This document shows, one piece after another, positions 28,123 to 37,245 of a stretch of DNA of 53,624 nt. Source of the DNA: a virus (taxonomy: Duplodnaviria > Heunggongvirae > Uroviricota > Caudoviricetes); the IMG/VR virus record IMGVR_UViG_3300048597_000653, positions 1 through 53,624 of that record; one strand, written 5' to 3'. Position 1 is the stretch's first letter. Every line of letters begins with the position of its first letter. The notes under the pieces are model-generated. The model worked only from the letters and a program-made list of their open reading frames with translations. It was not told the origin of the DNA and ran no database searches. Made by a program: the position numbers and the translations under genes.

Positions 28123-29030
28123 AAGCAGTTGACCTGTTTGCTGGTAGCGGAGGGTTCACGATCGGCGCCCGGCTGGCCGGGGTCGAGGTGCTATGGGCTG
28201 CCAACCACTGGCCACTCGCGGTCCAGTGCCACGCCGAGAATCACCCGGACGTCGCACATCTCTGCCAAGACCTTCAGCAAGCCGATTGGACCCAGGTGCC
28301 CGACTGCGACCTGGTGCTGGCCTCGCCCTGCTGCCAAGGGCACACCGATGCACGAGGTAAGGATCAACCGCACCACGACGCCTCGCGAGCGACCGCCTGG
28401 GCAGTGGTCTCCTGCTGCGAGATCAAGCGGCCGGTGGCCTTCATCGTGGAGAACGTGCCCGAGTTCCTGCGATGGTCGCTCTTCCCGGCTTGGCGACAAG
28501 CGATGGAGACACTGGGCTACCATCTTACCACGGCGGTGCTGGACGCGGCCGACGTCGGCGTGCCACAGCATCGCGAGCGACTGTTCATCGTGGGATCACT
28601 CCGCGGCTCGATCCGCATCGCGCCGGGCACCAGCGCGCATGTCCCCGTGCGCGAGATCATTGGCGAAGCCCGCTGGTCACCGATCAACAAGCGGGGCAGG
28701 GCGGAGGCCACGCTCGCCCGAATCGCAGCCGGCCGAGAGCGGTTCGGCCGCCGCTTCGTGATGCCGTATTACAAGTCAGGCTCGGGTCTGACGGGGCGTT
28801 CCCTCGACCGGCCGCTGGGCACGGTCACAACGGTCGATCGCTGGGCACTGGTGGACGGCGACCGCATGCGGATGCTCTCGGTCGAGGAATACCGGCGGGC
28901 GATGAGCTTCCCCGACGATTACAAGCTACCGCGCACGAAGAGGGAAGCTGTCAAGCTACTGGGCAACGCCGTTCCGCCACGCCTGGCATGTCATGTCATT
29001 CAGCAAACGATCGAGGGACTCGCGGCATGA
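28119..29030 (+). CDS. DNA cytosine-C5 methyltransferase (orphan)
   Basis: DLFAGSGG, SPCCQG catalytic PC, IVENV, QHRERLFIVG, LLGNAVPP. Confidence 0.95.
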   Translation: MKAVDLFAGSGGFTIGARLAGVEVLWAANHWPLAVQCHAENHPDVAHLCQDLQQADWTQVPDCDLVLASPCCQGHTDARGKDQPHHDASRATAWAVVSCCEIKRPVAFIVENVPEFLRWSLFPAWRQAMETLGYHLTTAVLDAADVGVPQHRERLFIVGSLRGSIRIAPGTSAHVPVREIIGEARWSPINKRGRAEATLARIAAGRERFGRRFVMPYYKSGSGLTGRSLDRPLGTVTTVDRWALVDGDRMRMLSVEEYRRAMSFPDDYKLPRTKREAVKLLGNAVPPRLACHVIQQTIEGLAA

Positions 29031-29485
29031 GAATGTTCCAAGGGCTGAGCATCGATCAAGCGAAAAAGTGTTTGAACCTCACGGTGCAATGCCGCCCGAC
29101 CATGCACATCTCGTTCCGCGATATCGGTTCGATAATGACAGGTATCGAATGGAACACGTTCAATCAATGGATCGAACACAACGACCAAATACCAACCGGC
29201 TGCAAAGACTCGCAAGGTGAACTGATCTTTGCCGGTGATATTCTCGAACGCTATTACAACGAGTTCTACCCGATCGCGCGTGGTCAGGTACTTTGGAAGC
29301 CGGAGTATGCGGCGTACGTGCTTCAAGGATCATTTGCAGATGGAGGCGGATGGCACACGTTCAACCTGAAAGACTCTCGCAGCTACCGAAAGGTCGGCGA
29401 TAAAACCACGCCGGGCGCCCTCTATCCAGCGATGAAAGTAGCCAGCGGTGGATTGTTCCCAGAGATGCCGAGCAGTCTGCAATGA
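29027..29485 (+). CDS. YopX-like phage protein
   Basis: TGCKDSQGELIFAGDILE...GQVLW resembles the YopX TGlkDknG.eIyeGDI motif. Confidence 0.65.
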   Translation: MRMFQGLSIDQAKKCLNLTVQCRPTMHISFRDIGSIMTGIEWNTFNQWIEHNDQIPTGCKDSQGELIFAGDILERYYNEFYPIARGQVLWKPEYAAYVLQGSFADGGGWHTFNLKDSRSYRKVGDKTTPGALYPAMKVASGGLFPEMPSSLQ

Positions 29486-29668
29486 TTACTGCCATCACGA
29501 TCTGCGACAGTTGCTCAACCTTTCTCGTGCCAGCGATCCAAGAGACGACATGTCCAAGCTGCTGTGGTATTCTTCGGCCCGTACCGACTGCTTGGGTGCC
29601 TTGGCAGGAACGCCTCGCCCGAATTGTCGATCTGCTAGTCCAACTTCGCTATCAGGAGTGATTTTGCC

Positions 29669-30052
29669 ATGCGTAGCTTCCTTCTACTGACACTCATTGC
29701 GGTCTGCGGATGCGCCAAGCCAATCGAGCCCGTCATTCCGACAAAGCCAGCACCGGTAGACAACAGCGACATCGAGCAGATCCGCGACGAAGCGCTGGGC
29801 AATATCAAAACGATCGAGCAGTCGTATCAGGCCGCGGTCGATTCAGGCGACTACCTTGCCGCCGCCGACAACATGTGCCGCATCGCCAAGCTGAACGGCG
29901 AGGCGACGGAGAACGCCGTCTTGCAGGCCTTTCGCGAAGTGGTTCAGCACCAACATCCTGACTGGTCCCGCTCGCAGTGCGACGAAGCTGCGTTCGACGA
30001 GCACAAGAAACGAGCAACGGAGTGCCGACAACTCATTGAGAAATATAAGTGA
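29669..30052 (+). CDS. putative lipoprotein
   Basis: MRSFLLLTLIAVCGC lipobox-like signal. Confidence 0.7.
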   Translation: MRSFLLLTLIAVCGCAKPIEPVIPTKPAPVDNSDIEQIRDEALGNIKTIEQSYQAAVDSGDYLAAADNMCRIAKLNGEATENAVLQAFREVVQHQHPDWSRSQCDEAAFDEHKKRATECRQLIEKYK

Positions 30053-30591
30053 TACCCAAGTACGACGTCTTCGACATCCATGTTCAGTTCTCTCAGGATC
30101 TCCACCCTGGTGTTCACCGCTGGGAATGGCCTGGCAGGCCCACGCTTCCAGAGAATCGGACCTGGAATAGCCTCACTTTCTGCAAGATGCCACGCGACCG
30201 AACCACCTTGGACGCGATGCGCGAACAGGTGCAGAAGGAACTGCCAAGCCTCTTTGCCCGGCAGAAGCTGCGAGTGGACAACCCAGGCGATATCGACATC
30301 GCAATCAGCCACGCGGAACGCGCCTGGTGCTGGGGGTGGTTCGACCACTGGACGTATGACGTTGGACTGGACGATCAGGCCTATCTCGATTCGTTCCAAG
30401 ATCACGTCGATGCCGTGATGTTAGAAGACCGTCGTGCCGGTCGCGAGCCTGGCTATGCATTGATGAACGCCGAAGACCGTTGGCGGTGGCACGGCCGGGA
30501 CGGAGATGGGAGCCCAGACGCCAAGCAGGTGGCCGCGCCCTGTCGCTGCACCAACTGCAAGAAGTACGGCGTCGTGAGGATCCTGCACTAA
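30049..30591 (+). CDS. hypothetical protein
   Basis: Coupled ORF; C-terminal CRCTNC. Confidence 0.7.
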   Translation: MIPKYDVFDIHVQFSQDLHPGVHRWEWPGRPTLPENRTWNSLTFCKMPRDRTTLDAMREQVQKELPSLFARQKLRVDNPGDIDIAISHAERAWCWGWFDHWTYDVGLDDQAYLDSFQDHVDAVMLEDRRAGREPGYALMNAEDRWRWHGRDGDGSPDAKQVAAPCRCTNCKKYGVVRILH

Positions 30592-31040
30592 TGGGCTACA
30601 ACACCAAGTTCCGCGGAGTTTTTGAACTCAGCAAACAACCCAGTCCAGAGGCGATCGACAGGCTGATCGAGTTATCGCAAACTCGCCACGATCGTAGTGA
30701 ATATCCCAGCTACTATTGCCAGTGGGTGATCGACGATGACTATCGCCGGATGAAATGGGACGGCGGTGAGTCGTTCCATAATTACGTCGAATGGCTTCAG
30801 TGGATCATTGACAACATCCTCAAGCCAGAGAGCGTCTCACTCACTGGACAAGTCGAATTCACCGGAGAAGACGTCGAGGACGTCGGTGTACTGATTGTTG
30901 CCGATGACCAGAACGTGCAGATCCACAAGAAGGTGCTCGTCCCTGACGATTACGACGATTTGAAACGCTTTCGCGACTTTGTGCTCACCTCCGATTGGAG
31001 GGATGAGATCCTGGAAGCGTGGGAAAAACGTCGCGGCTAA
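30591..31040 (+). CDS. conserved phage hypothetical protein
   Basis: MGYNTKFRG...CQW...WDGGESFHNYVEWL...GQVEFTGED motif; TAATG overlap. Confidence 0.8.
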   Translation: MGYNTKFRGVFELSKQPSPEAIDRLIELSQTRHDRSEYPSYYCQWVIDDDYRRMKWDGGESFHNYVEWLQWIIDNILKPESVSLTGQVEFTGEDVEDVGVLIVADDQNVQIHKKVLVPDDYDDLKRFRDFVLTSDWRDEILEAWEKRRG

Positions 31041-31076
31041 CCTGCAACCAATATCGGGCTGGGCGGTAGTTCAAGT

Positions 31077-31385
31077 ATGTACACCGCACAAGACCGCTAT
31101 CAGTTCCAACCGTTCTACATCAAGGCCTACCGCTGGTTGCGCTGGAGGCCTTTCTTCGCTGCCAAAGCCGTCGTGATGATTGCACGATGGCTGATCTTCA
31201 GCCGGCAGATTCCTAATCACCGTGCTTGGCGAATTGGCCAGAACGCCGATCCACGTTTCCGCTATCTGAAGTCTATTTGGTTCCACTGCATGGGCGTCTG
31301 CGACGTGCGTATGAGGTGGTATTACACCACCGCTGAGGTGATGCAGGAGCTTGCTGATCGGAACGCCTTTGCAAGCTGGGATTAA
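31077..31385 (+). CDS. hypothetical protein
   Basis: In operon. Confidence 0.55.
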   Translation: MYTAQDRYQFQPFYIKAYRWLRWRPFFAAKAVVMIARWLIFSRQIPNHRAWRIGQNADPRFRYLKSIWFHCMGVCDVRMRWYYTTAEVMQELADRNAFASWD

Positions 31386-31487
31386 CCATGTGCCAACTCT
31401 GCGGTGGCCTCGAACTCGCGATCGTATCCGCCGTGGTTTCGGCTGGATACGTCGGCACCTACGCGATCAACACCTTGAGAGCCCGAC

Positions 31488-31706
31488 ATGAGCAACACCG
31501 TTCCTTGCCAGTTCTGCGACAAGCCGACGCCGATGCTCGGGACGAAGATGTGCAACGCCTGCTGGTCGGTGGAGCGAGGACTGAGAGACTTCCTGCGCAC
31601 GCAAGGAGGGATGGCCTACACGAAGGGCGTGATTGCAGGACTTGAGCGGGTCGCCAGAACCAGTCCCTACGATTGCGGTGTGAAACGCCCGATTAAGTCC
31701 ATTTGA
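31488..31706 (+). CDS. small Zn-finger-like protein
   Basis: CQFC...CNAC. Confidence 0.6.
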   Translation: MSNTVPCQFCDKPTPMLGTKMCNACWSVERGLRDFLRTQGGMAYTKGVIAGLERVARTSPYDCGVKRPIKSI

Positions 31707-31731
31707 CATTGCACCATCATTGACGTACTGT
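31703..31731 (+). promoter_or_regulatory. strong sigma70-like promoter (copy 1)
   Basis: TTGACA-N17-TACTGT. Confidence 0.75.
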
Positions 31732-31750
31732 TGATTCGGAGGGCAAAACA

Positions 31751-31981
31751 ATGCGACTTTGGTTATTTGCTGGCGCCATCGTAATTCTGTGCTGGCCGTT
31801 GTTCCGCGTGCTTTCGCAAAGCGATCCGCGGGTTGTCTTGGGAATTGCCGCAGGGCCGGTGCTTTTCGTGGCGAACCAAGCCAACCGACGCCGGGACGAG
31901 GAGTATCGCCGCGCCCGTGCCAAGGCCCGCGCAGTTCGCGAGACGTATCGCGATTCCGAAAATCTTTCTCCGTCCGTTTGA
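31751..31981 (+). CDS. small 2-TM membrane protein
   Basis: GGAGGG RBS; two hydrophobic segments. Confidence 0.7.
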   Translation: MRLWLFAGAIVILCWPLFRVLSQSDPRVVLGIAAGPVLFVANQANRRRDEEYRRARAKARAVRETYRDSENLSPSV

Positions 31982-32006
31982 CATTGCACCATCATTGACG
32001 TACAGT
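31978..32006 (+). promoter_or_regulatory. strong sigma70-like promoter (copy 2)
   Basis: TTGACA-N17-TACAGT; 27 bp identical to copy 1. Confidence 0.75.
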
Positions 32007-32276
32007 TGAGTATCCAACCGAAAGGAGACAGCCGTGAAGAACAACTAACCCCGCAGTGAGACCACCGAGAGACGAATAACCAAATACACCACACCGAAGA
32101 GAACGCAGTCCATAAGACCCAGGCTGAGAAACAGGGTCGATCACCCAGTAACAGGTGGCCTATGAGAAGCTGATGATCCACGCGAAAACCCACAACTCGA
32201 CAATTCGGACAATCTGGACGCAGTAGCCTGGCGGGCACTTTGAATCGCCCGTCAGGCCAGACCACGGGGCAGCAAG

Positions 32277-32900
32277 ATGACGGTATTTCAAAAAGAATTC
32301 ACGCACAATGGCCAACGCAACCTGATCGTCGCGACCGTCCGCTTTGACGATCAGTGCAAAAACGGCCACAGCAGTTTCTCAATCACGGCTGTTCTGTATG
32401 AACTGCGAGACGACGGCCTCGTCGGTGTGATCGCAAGTGGCTGCTTGCATGACGGCGTTCGAGAGCATTTGCCGGAACTAGCCCCGTACTTAAAGTGGCA
32501 TCTCTGCTCGACCGAAGGGCCGATGCATTACGTCGCCAACACCGTCTACCACGCAGGGGATCGCGACCACCACGGTCTGCGGAAGGGCGAAGTAAAACAA
32601 TTAAGAGACGGCCAAACACACCTCCCAGCATGGATCTTGGACGACGTACCTTTCGAGAAAAAGCACGTTGACTCACTCGACAAACCGGCACCGATCACGC
32701 TGGAATATCGCCCGTGGTGTCGAGTAGGCGAGGGCAAGGATCGAGACCTTGCAGCCGCTCGATCGTGCGCCATCTGGCCCGACGCCACGGACGAAGAACT
32801 GATCGCACCTGGCCTCGAAGAGCGGCTCCAAGCCCGCCTACCTGGGCTGCTTGCCGAGTTCCGCGCGGCGATGGAAAGCTTGGGATTCGAGTATGCCTAG
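32277..32900 (+). CDS. conserved phage hypothetical protein
   Basis: RFDDQCKNGHSSFSIT...GCLHD...KWHLCSTEGPMHY motif. Confidence 0.8.
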   Translation: MTVFQKEFTHNGQRNLIVATVRFDDQCKNGHSSFSITAVLYELRDDGLVGVIASGCLHDGVREHLPELAPYLKWHLCSTEGPMHYVANTVYHAGDRDHHGLRKGEVKQLRDGQTHLPAWILDDVPFEKKHVDSLDKPAPITLEYRPWCRVGEGKDRDLAAARSCAIWPDATDEELIAPGLEERLQARLPGLLAEFRAAMESLGFEYA

Positions 32901-33207
32901 GGCCTCGTTCCCGCTTCCAACCCAGTACCGCAGTGGCACACCCATTCGAGGCAAGTCGCACGCCGGAGCTTGGTGGAAAGGCTACCTTGCCGGCCTATCC
33001 GGCCTCTCACGCACGTCTTGTCCTTACGACCAATGGGCAACGGCCGTCGTTGGCCGCGGTCGAGTCGTACCGACCGGTGAGCGAGGCTTTGCGAGAGCGT
33101 GGTTGGACGGCCGACAAGCTGGGCAAGACGACACGACGAACGAAGTACCTGAGTGTCGGCGCGAGATGTTCCAAGCTGCGACCACAGAGATCATATCGGA
33201 GACCTAA
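32893..33207 (+). CDS. RMF/CrpP-fold-like protein
   Basis: KGYLAGLSGLSRTSCPY...RAWLDGRQAG vs E. coli RMF RGYQAGIAGRSKEMCPY...QWLGGWREA (recalled). Confidence 0.6.
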   Translation: MPRASFPLPTQYRSGTPIRGKSHAGAWWKGYLAGLSGLSRTSCPYDQWATAVVGRGRVVPTGERGFARAWLDGRQAGQDDTTNEVPECRREMFQAATTEIISET

Positions 33208-33536
33208 TGACAGCTAGCTGGTTGGAGAATCTGAAGCCGGGTGACAAAGTCGTGCTGTCTCGCGGACTGGGAACACATTGGCTTAACACCGTCGAGCGTG
33301 TTACGAAGACACTTATCATATTGGCCAACGGCAGCCGGTATCGAAAGAAGGACGGACAGCTAGCCGGTGAATCGATGTTCGGCCATAGTCAACTCGTGCA
33401 AGTAAATCCATTGATTGCTGCGCAAATGCGAAGGCAGCGTCTGATCTATGCGATCACGCATGCTAAGCCGGAGCGATTCGGCACCCTGAGCAACGACGAA
33501 CTCGAAGCATTTCTGCGAACCCTGAAAGCACCATGA
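33207..33536 (+). CDS. hypothetical protein (paralog A)
   Basis: WLENLKPGDKVVL...TLSNDELEAFLRT. Confidence 0.75.
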   Translation: MTASWLENLKPGDKVVLSRGLGTHWLNTVERVTKTLIILANGSRYRKKDGQLAGESMFGHSQLVQVNPLIAAQMRRQRLIYAITHAKPERFGTLSNDELEAFLRTLKAP

Positions 33537-33859
33537 GCAACTGGCTTGCTAACTTGAAACCGGGTGACGAAGTCGTCTTGGCCGCTGGCAATTACAACGA
33601 TCGCGTGGCGACAGTTGAGCGACTGACTGAAACATGCATTGTCCTTGACAGCGGTGAAATCTTCAGTCGCGTCATTCCCGATCGGCCTGCTGATTGTTCG
33701 TTCTACGGTGTTAGCTTACGGCAAGCTACCGAAGAGCGAGTCAGATCGATTCAGCGTCGTCAATTGATCCATGTGATCGCTTATGCAAAATCGGAGCAGT
33801 TCGACACGCTCAGCAACGAAGAACTGGAAGCTTTCGTTCGGACCATGAAGTCAACCTAA
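33533..33859 (+). CDS. hypothetical protein (paralog B)
   Basis: WLANLKPGDEVVL...TLSNEELEAFVRT. Confidence 0.75.
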   Translation: MSNWLANLKPGDEVVLAAGNYNDRVATVERLTETCIVLDSGEIFSRVIPDRPADCSFYGVSLRQATEERVRSIQRRQLIHVIAYAKSEQFDTLSNEELEAFVRTMKST

Positions 33860-33873
33860 ACCAAGGATTCACT

Positions 33874-34131
33874 GTGCGATATAGCATTCGAGCTTGGGCC
33901 ATCGCAGTTGTCATTGCGGCCCTGTTGTTTCAAGTTCACGTCCTGAAATCGCGGATTGTTGATCTCAAACGGGGATACGTGTTTAACAGGGGCTGCATTG
34001 AGGATTTGCAACTCCAAGCCATGCGGATCCACTGGCGTGTGCAAGACCTTGAGCAAGAACCACCTGGGCAGATACAGATCCTGGAAAACCAGATCATCGA
34101 CTTGCAAGCGAGATTAGAAGGTCAGCCATGA
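33874..34131 (+). CDS. TM-anchored coiled-coil protein
   Basis: N-terminal hydrophobic helix and heptad repeats. Confidence 0.6.
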   Translation: MRYSIRAWAIAVVIAALLFQVHVLKSRIVDLKRGYVFNRGCIEDLQLQAMRIHWRVQDLEQEPPGQIQILENQIIDLQARLEGQP

Positions 34132-34700
34132 TATTCACCGGGCTGGCCCATCGTCATTACGCAACCGTCCTGGCCGATCCGCCTTGGCGATTTGACAACC
34201 GTACCGGGAAGGTTGCACCCGAGCACGGCCGCCTTCGACGCTATCACACGATGTCGCTGCAAGACATCTGCGAGTTACCCGTCGCCGAGCGAGTGGCAAA
34301 CGCCGCCCATCTTTACATGTGGGTGCCCAACGCACTGCTGCCAGACGGCCTGGAAGTGATGAAGGCCTGGGGCTTCCGCTACAAGTCTAACCTGATCTGG
34401 TACAAGGTCCGAAAAGATGGTGGACCGGACGGTCGAGGCGTGGGCTTCTACTTTCGCAACGTCACCGAAGTTCTGCTGTTTGGCGTCCGCGGATCGATGC
34501 GCACGCTGAAGCCTGGACGAACTCAGGTGAACTTGGTTGCGACCCGCAAGCGAGAACACTCCCGCAAGCCGGACGAGATTTACGATCTGGTTGAAGCTTG
34601 CAGCCCTGGTCCCTACCTGGAACTGTTCGCCCGCGCTCCGCGACCTGGCTGGACTCAGTGGGGCGACGAACTCGATACCTACTTGAAGGACGCTGCATGA
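34128..34700 (+). CDS. MT-A70 family N6-adenine methyltransferase
   Basis: VLADPPWRF, HLYMWVPN, MKAWGFRYK, REHSRKPDE, YLELFAR, GWTQWGDE. Confidence 0.93.
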   Translation: MIFTGLAHRHYATVLADPPWRFDNRTGKVAPEHGRLRRYHTMSLQDICELPVAERVANAAHLYMWVPNALLPDGLEVMKAWGFRYKSNLIWYKVRKDGGPDGRGVGFYFRNVTEVLLFGVRGSMRTLKPGRTQVNLVATRKREHSRKPDEIYDLVEACSPGPYLELFARAPRPGWTQWGDELDTYLKDAA

Positions 34701-35047
34701 CCTGGAAAGCAACCTGGCGGAAGATTGACGATCGCTACGTCACAGGAATTCATAACAAGTCCGACCGCGGAATTGGCACGATATCTTACGAGCCGGCAAA
34801 AGCTGACGAAGACTTTGCACTCATGTGCTTCATCGCGAGTCGCCTGAACGCGCTGGACGGTCTCACCGACGAACAGGTTGACGCGCTGAAGGGCTACGAC
34901 CTGACCAAGCTCGGCAACATCGGACAAGCCATTGACCTCTTGGAAGACTCCCTCGAAGAAAGCGAGACGGTCGGCTGCCTGCTGATCGAGGACTACGAAT
35001 CACAGTGCGTGGGTAGCCTGCTAGCAGGTACTCTCAGGAAAGACTGA
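34697..35047 (+). CDS. hypothetical protein
   Basis: ATGA overlap. Confidence 0.65.
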   Translation: MTWKATWRKIDDRYVTGIHNKSDRGIGTISYEPAKADEDFALMCFIASRLNALDGLTDEQVDALKGYDLTKLGNIGQAIDLLEDSLEESETVGCLLIEDYESQCVGSLLAGTLRKD

Positions 35048-35343
35048 TGGACATCCGCATTGAGTTCAAGCCCGCGGTGGTTTCTCTTTACACCGCACCG
35101 CGGATGCAACATGGTAGCATCATTGCGGTTTGGAAGAATCGCTCTCGACAATGGCGATACGGCTTCGTCATGCGTATACTGTGGTTCGGCCTGGCAGTTC
35201 GATGGCTTCGCGTGAAGCCGATGGACTACTACACAATGATTTTGACGGTCTCACCGATGCGATCGCACCGCCTTTCTGACGAGCCGAAGCCGCTTCCGCC
35301 GGACATGCCCATTGTCGAGCCATGCCCAGGCGATGTGCCCTAA
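35047..35343 (+). CDS. hypothetical protein
   Basis: TGATG overlap. Confidence 0.55.
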   Translation: MDIRIEFKPAVVSLYTAPRMQHGSIIAVWKNRSRQWRYGFVMRILWFGLAVRWLRVKPMDYYTMILTVSPMRSHRLSDEPKPLPPDMPIVEPCPGDVP

Positions 35344-35400
35344 TGAGTTTGCGATGCTTAAGCCCTAGACGCTTGGCTAGTCCGCCAAGATAATGCGGGC

Positions 35401-35628
35401 ATGGACTTGTCACGCGACCAAGCCGAAGTTCTTTTGGCCAGCTTTCGGCCGATGCTCGACTTCTGTAATCGAGCGCTGGAGCGAATGGACGACATCGACG
35501 TGCCGTCCAGCGACGATTTCTATCAGCAAGTCGCAGGACTGCGAACTTCGCTGCAAGACCTCACGATGCACTTGCATTACAAGACCTGCCCAGACAAGGT
35601 GCGACTTGAGCGAACTGAACGAGCATAG
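35401..35628 (+). CDS. small hypothetical protein
   Basis: Helical ORF with LHYKTC motif. Confidence 0.6.
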   Translation: MDLSRDQAEVLLASFRPMLDFCNRALERMDDIDVPSSDDFYQQVAGLRTSLQDLTMHLHYKTCPDKVRLERTERA

Positions 35629-35914
35629 CACTGCGGAAGACGTCGCCCGCTGGATGCAAGAGCAACTACAAGATCCTGGCGGCTTGCCTCGCGGTATTGT
35701 TGCAGGCGTTTTAATCGACCAATGTAATGGCCGCTTTGTAAGCACTACTAGGAGCAATAATCCTTCGATCTCGCAAGAAGTCCTCTATGCTTTCTGGGAG
35801 TTGACGGGCGACAAGTATGTCTACGTCAACAAAAAGGGCGGCTATTGGCGAGAGCGAATGGAGGATGATGACCCAGCTAGTCGAGTGGCTCGCCCGCGGC
35901 CGTTGGATTCCTAA
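35606..35914 (+). CDS. hypothetical protein (DUF6953-like, tentative)
   Basis: AEDVARWM...VLYAFWELT...YWRER pattern; TTG start. Confidence 0.55.
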   Translation: MSELNEHSTAEDVARWMQEQLQDPGGLPRGIVAGVLIDQCNGRFVSTTRSNNPSISQEVLYAFWELTGDKYVYVNKKGGYWRERMEDDDPASRVARPRPLDS

Positions 35915-35929
35915 AAGCAGAGCAAATGC

Positions 35930-36454
35930 ATGGACGATTTGACAGGAAAGCTGTTTGCAGCAGTTTGTGCGGTGATTGCTACAAAAGCAGTCGATGCAAT
36001 ACTAAAGCGACGTGAGAAGCCAAGAATAGTTTGCGAATCACGATATAGCGGATTCCCTGTGCCAAAGGTAGGAAGTAGCTTTGGTCCAGAGGTCGTAGAT
36101 GCGTTTGGGAAAATCTTTTTTAGGCTTCAATTCTTCGGTGGCAGCCCGATAAAGAATGTCCGAATTCGGCTCGACTGCGGTCGCAACGAGCTAGTAGGTT
36201 GGTGCTGGTTTGTTGGTCAGTTGCTGGATTGCCAACGTCTCCAAGATCGAATGCAGCACGAGAACTCCGGTCAATGCGTTTGGGCTTATATCAATCCCGG
36301 TGACGTACTCGATCTTGAAGTTGAAGTTAGAAAGGTCACTGACCCTTCAGAAATTCGCCTTGAAATTGACGCAGAAGGTCTGTTGGTTCATCACAAACGA
36401 ACTCACATTCAATGCGATGTCCAACCTAGATCGGGAACTCGGCGCGGCGCTTGA
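35930..36454 (+). CDS. membrane-anchored moron-like protein
   Basis: N-terminal TM, AT-richer codon usage, last gene of rightward arm. Confidence 0.65.
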   Translation: MDDLTGKLFAAVCAVIATKAVDAILKRREKPRIVCESRYSGFPVPKVGSSFGPEVVDAFGKIFFRLQFFGGSPIKNVRIRLDCGRNELVGWCWFVGQLLDCQRLQDRMQHENSGQCVWAYINPGDVLDLEVEVRKVTDPSEIRLEIDAEGLLVHHKRTHIQCDVQPRSGTRRGA

Positions 36455-36839
36455 CGACGCCGCCAACCTTTTGTGCGTGCAACTGGGCGACTTCCGGTGT
36501 TTCGTATCGCTCGGCGAATTCGTAGTTGAGGTGAATTCCTCTACCGCGAGCCATGAATCCCTTGGGCGTTTGTACCACGAAGCCCTCGCCGGTGTGCGAT
36601 CGGTCCATCCATATAACCGAATCGCGAACCCAGTAGCCTTTAGTGCGGTCGGCGATTTGCGATACCACCTGCCAGAGACTCATACAGTTGAGGATTGGGC
36701 CAAGACGACTGTCACTCGCAATGAATTGCACACCCTCGCGTGGCGAAACTCCGGCCAACACGGTGCCGACTCTGAAGCCGTCCACTAAGACATCGGTTTT
36801 ACGATCGAGAAGTTCAACCGTTGTTATTTTCGGCGGCAT
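36426..36839 (-). CDS. hypothetical protein
   Basis: AGGAGG RBS. Confidence 0.65.
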   Translation of the reverse strand: MPPKITTVELLDRKTDVLVDGFRVGTVLAGVSPREGVQFIASDSRLGPILNCMSLWQVVSQIADRTKGYWVRDSVIWMDRSHTGEGFVVQTPKGFMARGRGIHLNYEFAERYETPEVAQLHAQKVGGVVKRRAEFPI

Positions 36840-37245
36840 TCAGCCCTCCTAATGCGTTGCGCTTCCATCGTGGCCAACTGGCTACGACACGGCTAGACCG
36901 TTTCAGATGTTCAGTGAATCGATGATTCTCTCCGAACCATGTGAAGTGTCCCTCGGGTAGCTCCTCGATCGGCTTCATCGCGACGGCGCCCTCGGGGTAG
37001 GGCAGGGCGGTCACTTGGGACAACTCACTAACGTGGCAAGCCAGTTGCTTGACTGGCTCGCCGATTGCATCGGTCCAAGTCACGAGCCGGAAGGGATTCC
37101 GCGCTTGAGGCCTGCCCCAGTCAATGGACCAGTGTCGCTCACGCTTGGCCAAAGCGATCAGTGTGCGGATCGCTTCCGCATGAATCTTGTAGGCCATGAG
37201 ATTGGCCACGTTCTCGCTGATGCGGATTGCGTCGTCAATTTCCAT
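36814..37245 (-). CDS. hypothetical protein
   Basis: TAATG overlap with upstream gene. Confidence 0.65.
   Translation of the reverse strand: MEIDDAIRISENVANLMAYKIHAEAIRTLIALAKRERHWSIDWGRPQARNPFRLVTWTDAIGEPVKQLACHVSELSQVTALPYPEGAVAMKPIEELPEGHFTWFGENHRFTEHLKRSSRVVASWPRWKRNALGGLNAAENNNG

Noticed and set aside
31388-31645. 85-aa ORF
   Set aside because: Only the first ~33 aa look protein-like; the remainder overlaps the better 31488-31706 Zn-finger ORF
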